A stretch of 62,959 bases of DNA, the filler included, from Hausera hauseri (taxonomy: Eukaryota), in NCBI GenBank assembly GCA_046269625.1. It is 9 parts of 9 records of this genome, joined end to end, with 100 filler letters (N's around TTAATTAATTAA, not from the genome) between each part and the next. Parts side by side here need not be neighbours in the genome. Positions count along the whole stretch, not along the records: positions 56,952 to 62,959 come from JBJURY010154088.1; 8 more parts are not named here. One strand, 5' to 3'. Below the pieces are notes generated by a model, which was not told the DNA's origin, ran no database searches, and saw nothing but the letters and a program-made list of their open reading frames with translations. This document shows, one piece after another, positions 60,172 to 62,959 of the stretch (positions are counted from its first letter, which is position 1; every line of letters starts with the position of its first letter). The position numbers were made by a program, and so were the translations under genes.

Positions 60172-60882
60172 TATTAGGATGTCCCATAATTTTTCGGAAT
60201 TATTTTAAATATTGTTTTCGCTTTATTTCGTCGTTGCATATAAACTCGGAAAGGTGATACGCAGTTACAGAAGTCCCGCATGAATTGACTTGTGAAATGG
60301 CTCAAAAAAGAGTTGATCTTTGCAGAAAACTCCTGAAAAATCCCCAACATGATCGTTTTCTGAAGCGAATTGCTACATGTGATGAGAAATGGGTTTATTA
60401 CCATAACCCGATGGATTAATCGAGAAAAAAGTGAACTTCCGGTCGACCAGAAAGAACGCTTTGAAAAAGCTTCTGCTTTGCGTCTGGTGGAATTACGAGG
60501 GTAATTCATTTTGAGCTCGTCCCTAATGGCAGTACCATCAACGCTGATATGTGTTCTCAACAACTTAAACGAGTACATAATGCTATTTAGGAGCTTTATC
60601 CAGTAGTGATCAATCGTAAACGTGTAATTTTGCAACAAGATAACGCGAGACCTCATAATGCAATTGACGCAGCAAAAACTTAAAATGGAGTTTGAGGTTA
60701 AGTTCTTAGCCTCAAAGCCGGCTGCATGGTATCGGGCCGGAATAGAAAATTTGGCTGATCGATAGTAAAAGACCATAGAACATAATGGATTGTATTTCGA
60801 AGATTGCAATTTCTTACATCTTTTCTAGTTTGTTAATAAATGCTTTACTCTTTACTGCTTCGTTACTTTTGACTCACCCTCT
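60172..60882 (+). mobile_element. Decayed mariner transposon
   Basis: PHELT, FLKRIATCDEKWVYY, LLCVWW, VILQQDNARPH, GIENLADR..NGLYF. Confidence 0.85.
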
Positions 60883-60889
60883 CTACTTG

Positions 60890-62570
60890 TCCCTTTAGAC
60901 CAGTTTTGTCTATGATCGGAATAACTCAGCATAAAGTCTCAAAAATATTGGATCAGATTTTAAAACCACTAATTGAAGATAAATACAGCTGCACCGATAG
61001 CTTTGATTTTTTTGAAACGTTAATAGAATTAACTCCGTCGTGTAAAACAAATTATATGATCTCGTTTGACGTAAGTAGTTTGTTTACAAACGTACCACTT
61101 ACAGCAACAGTAGAAACTTCTCGTTCACTTTGGAACGAAAAAGGAGACAAAAGAATTTTGAATTCTGAGGCTTCTCGCTCCCTGTTAAAATTTGCGACAA
61201 TGGATGTTAATTTCTTAATCAATGAACAATGGTACAAACAAATCGATGGAGTTACAGTGGGTTCACCACTTGCACCAACTTTTGCGTCAATATTTCTGTC
61301 AAGTCTAAAAAAACATCGAATATTATGCAGATGGAAAACCTTTGCTGTACAAAAGCTATGTTGATGACATTTTCATTATTTTTGAGAAAAAAGAACATGT
61401 TCAAAGCTTTATGGATTTCATGAATTCATTGCACATGAACATAAAATTTACATTAGAAGCAGAAAAAAATAAAAAACTGGCATTTTTGACATACTTGTCC
61501 AAAAGATAATCATTAAATTCGCCACAGAAATATATTATAAACCAATAGACACCGGCTTGTATATGACATCAAAGAACTTCTGTGACGGCAAACATAAGCA
61601 TTATATACATGTCTTAGAGTGCAACTAGTGTACTATACATATATGTAGGTACAACAAATTGTGTGCGAGATTCAAAAAGATGAGCAGACATCGCTTAGTT
61701 CGTGTCGAAATATCTGCCCGACCAATGTTCTCTGATGATCTTAGTAAGATCGAAATATTGGAGCGTTTAACAAAGAACGTCGCTTTCCTCTAAAAGACAT
61801 GTATGTATAGTTCATAACCTCATGTTGCTCCTAAAGAACCCTGTTGTTAAATATAAGCATTCCATAATCACTGGTTTAATCCATAGGTGTTGGTCACTAT
61901 CGTCATACTTTAAAAAAGCAGACAAATGCTAGGCTCAATAAAAATGGTTACTCCTCAAAGATAATAGACAAGAAAATCAGAGAAGTGTTCGACAAAAACT
62001 CAGAAATCTGCCAAAAATCTACACAGAAATCAAAGATCCTGTGATCCTTACTCAGAAGGTAGCAATGAATTTAGAAAGATCCCATCCATCAATCATGTGT
62101 AACATAATATTCAAATCGAGAAAATTTTTGGATAATTTCAACACAAAATCTAGGACACCATTGGGACTTGTTTCAGACAGTTAATCAATTTAACAGTAAC
62201 GGTGGCAACGCATCCTACATAGGTGGTCAAGTCGTCGTCTCTGTGAACGTGTCAATGAACATTCCCTAAGTCGAAATAGTAGCATCGTAGATCACTATTG
62301 TTCGTGCCAAATGAGAACAGAGAAAGTAACAAAAGAATTTAAAATACTGAAACAGCTTCAATGTCACACATGACTTAAAATCTGAAGTATTTTATTAGAT
62401 TATGCAATCCATCATTAAATATGCAAACAGATCTAAATAAAATAATTCGTGTGTTTACATAATCCTTGTAAATGTGAGCCAAATTTATTTTTTTATTCGT
62501 CTTTTTCTCATTATTAAATTTATTTGAGTGAAAATGGCCAATAATGGGCCGAAATTAATTTCAAATAACA
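60890..62570 (+). mobile_element. Decayed Penelope-like element (RT plus GIY-YIG remnant)
   Basis: RPVLSMIG, ISFDVSSLFTNVP, QIDGV.VGSPLAP, YVDDIF, FTLEAE, YYKP.DTGLY; SYIG and PSLN.Q remnants at ~62210-62430. Confidence 0.85.
62520..62568 (+). ncRNA. Degenerate minimal hammerhead ribozyme of the Penelope terminal repeat
   Basis: Stem I TTATTTGA/TCAAATAA; core GTGAAAA (consensus CUGANGA); stem II GGCC/GGCC; GAAA; palindromic TTAA. Confidence 0.5.
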
Positions 62571-62959
62571 TTTTAATTAAATGGCGTTCTCTTGATTTTT
62601 ATAACAGGCCATTTTTTATGTTATATATGTGCAAATAAAACAGCCAAACCACTGAATAAATAAAACAGACGATCAGAAATCGAATTAAATTAAATACAGC
62701 AGTATATCTGAAATAGAACGAAATCATAAAACAAACAAAAAATTAATTACTTTGAATTTCTTTGAATGATGAGTAATAAACTTTTTATTTTCTTTCAATT
62801 TGTGATAATGGATTTTTATTTATTATGCAAATCTTTTCTAATAATCGTTGACTATAAATACTGATATGATCTGTACCATTTTCAATGTTTTATAATCTCG
62901 ACACTCGCTACGATATGAACGTTGTCTATGATAATTGTGAGTAATTTTGTATTTATTAT

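Noticed and set aside
60174-60809. 211-aa minus-strand ORF
   Set aside because: Antisense to the decayed mariner transposase

Overview
This window is not one locus. It is nine eukaryotic contigs joined by 100-nt N/TTAATTAATTAA spacers. Most look like an AT-rich invertebrate with many ~40-50 nt introns; two (4058-8637, 29626-37308) look teleost-like. The main finding is contig 8738-25148, a giant Ty3/Gypsy LTR retroelement whose ancestral single ORF (~4,200 aa, now broken by one frameshift and one stop in RNase H) reads: Gag, CCHC knuckle, ~900-aa helical insert, signal peptide, chuvirus-like glycoprotein, TM, YPDL tail, protease, RT, RNase H, integrase, second signal peptide, glycosylated FN3-like ectodomain, TM, degenerate ISG20/REXO4-like exonuclease fold. 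An env-like fusogen placed in frame between Gag and protease is highly unusual. A diverged second copy follows in tandem, sharing one LTR with a tRNA-Lys PBS, and a remnant of a related glycoprotein lies on another contig. Other items: a ubiquitin-like domain fused to Gag in a second LTR family, a self-priming non-autonomous chromovirus-type element, an EnSpm/CACTA element with a SAMD3-like gene, PIP5K1, TRAF, Jagunal, an ENPP-like protein, kinase and CYB5R gene fragments, and Tc1, mariner and Penelope relics with a degenerate hammerhead. All family assignments are from motif recognition by eye; no searches were run.
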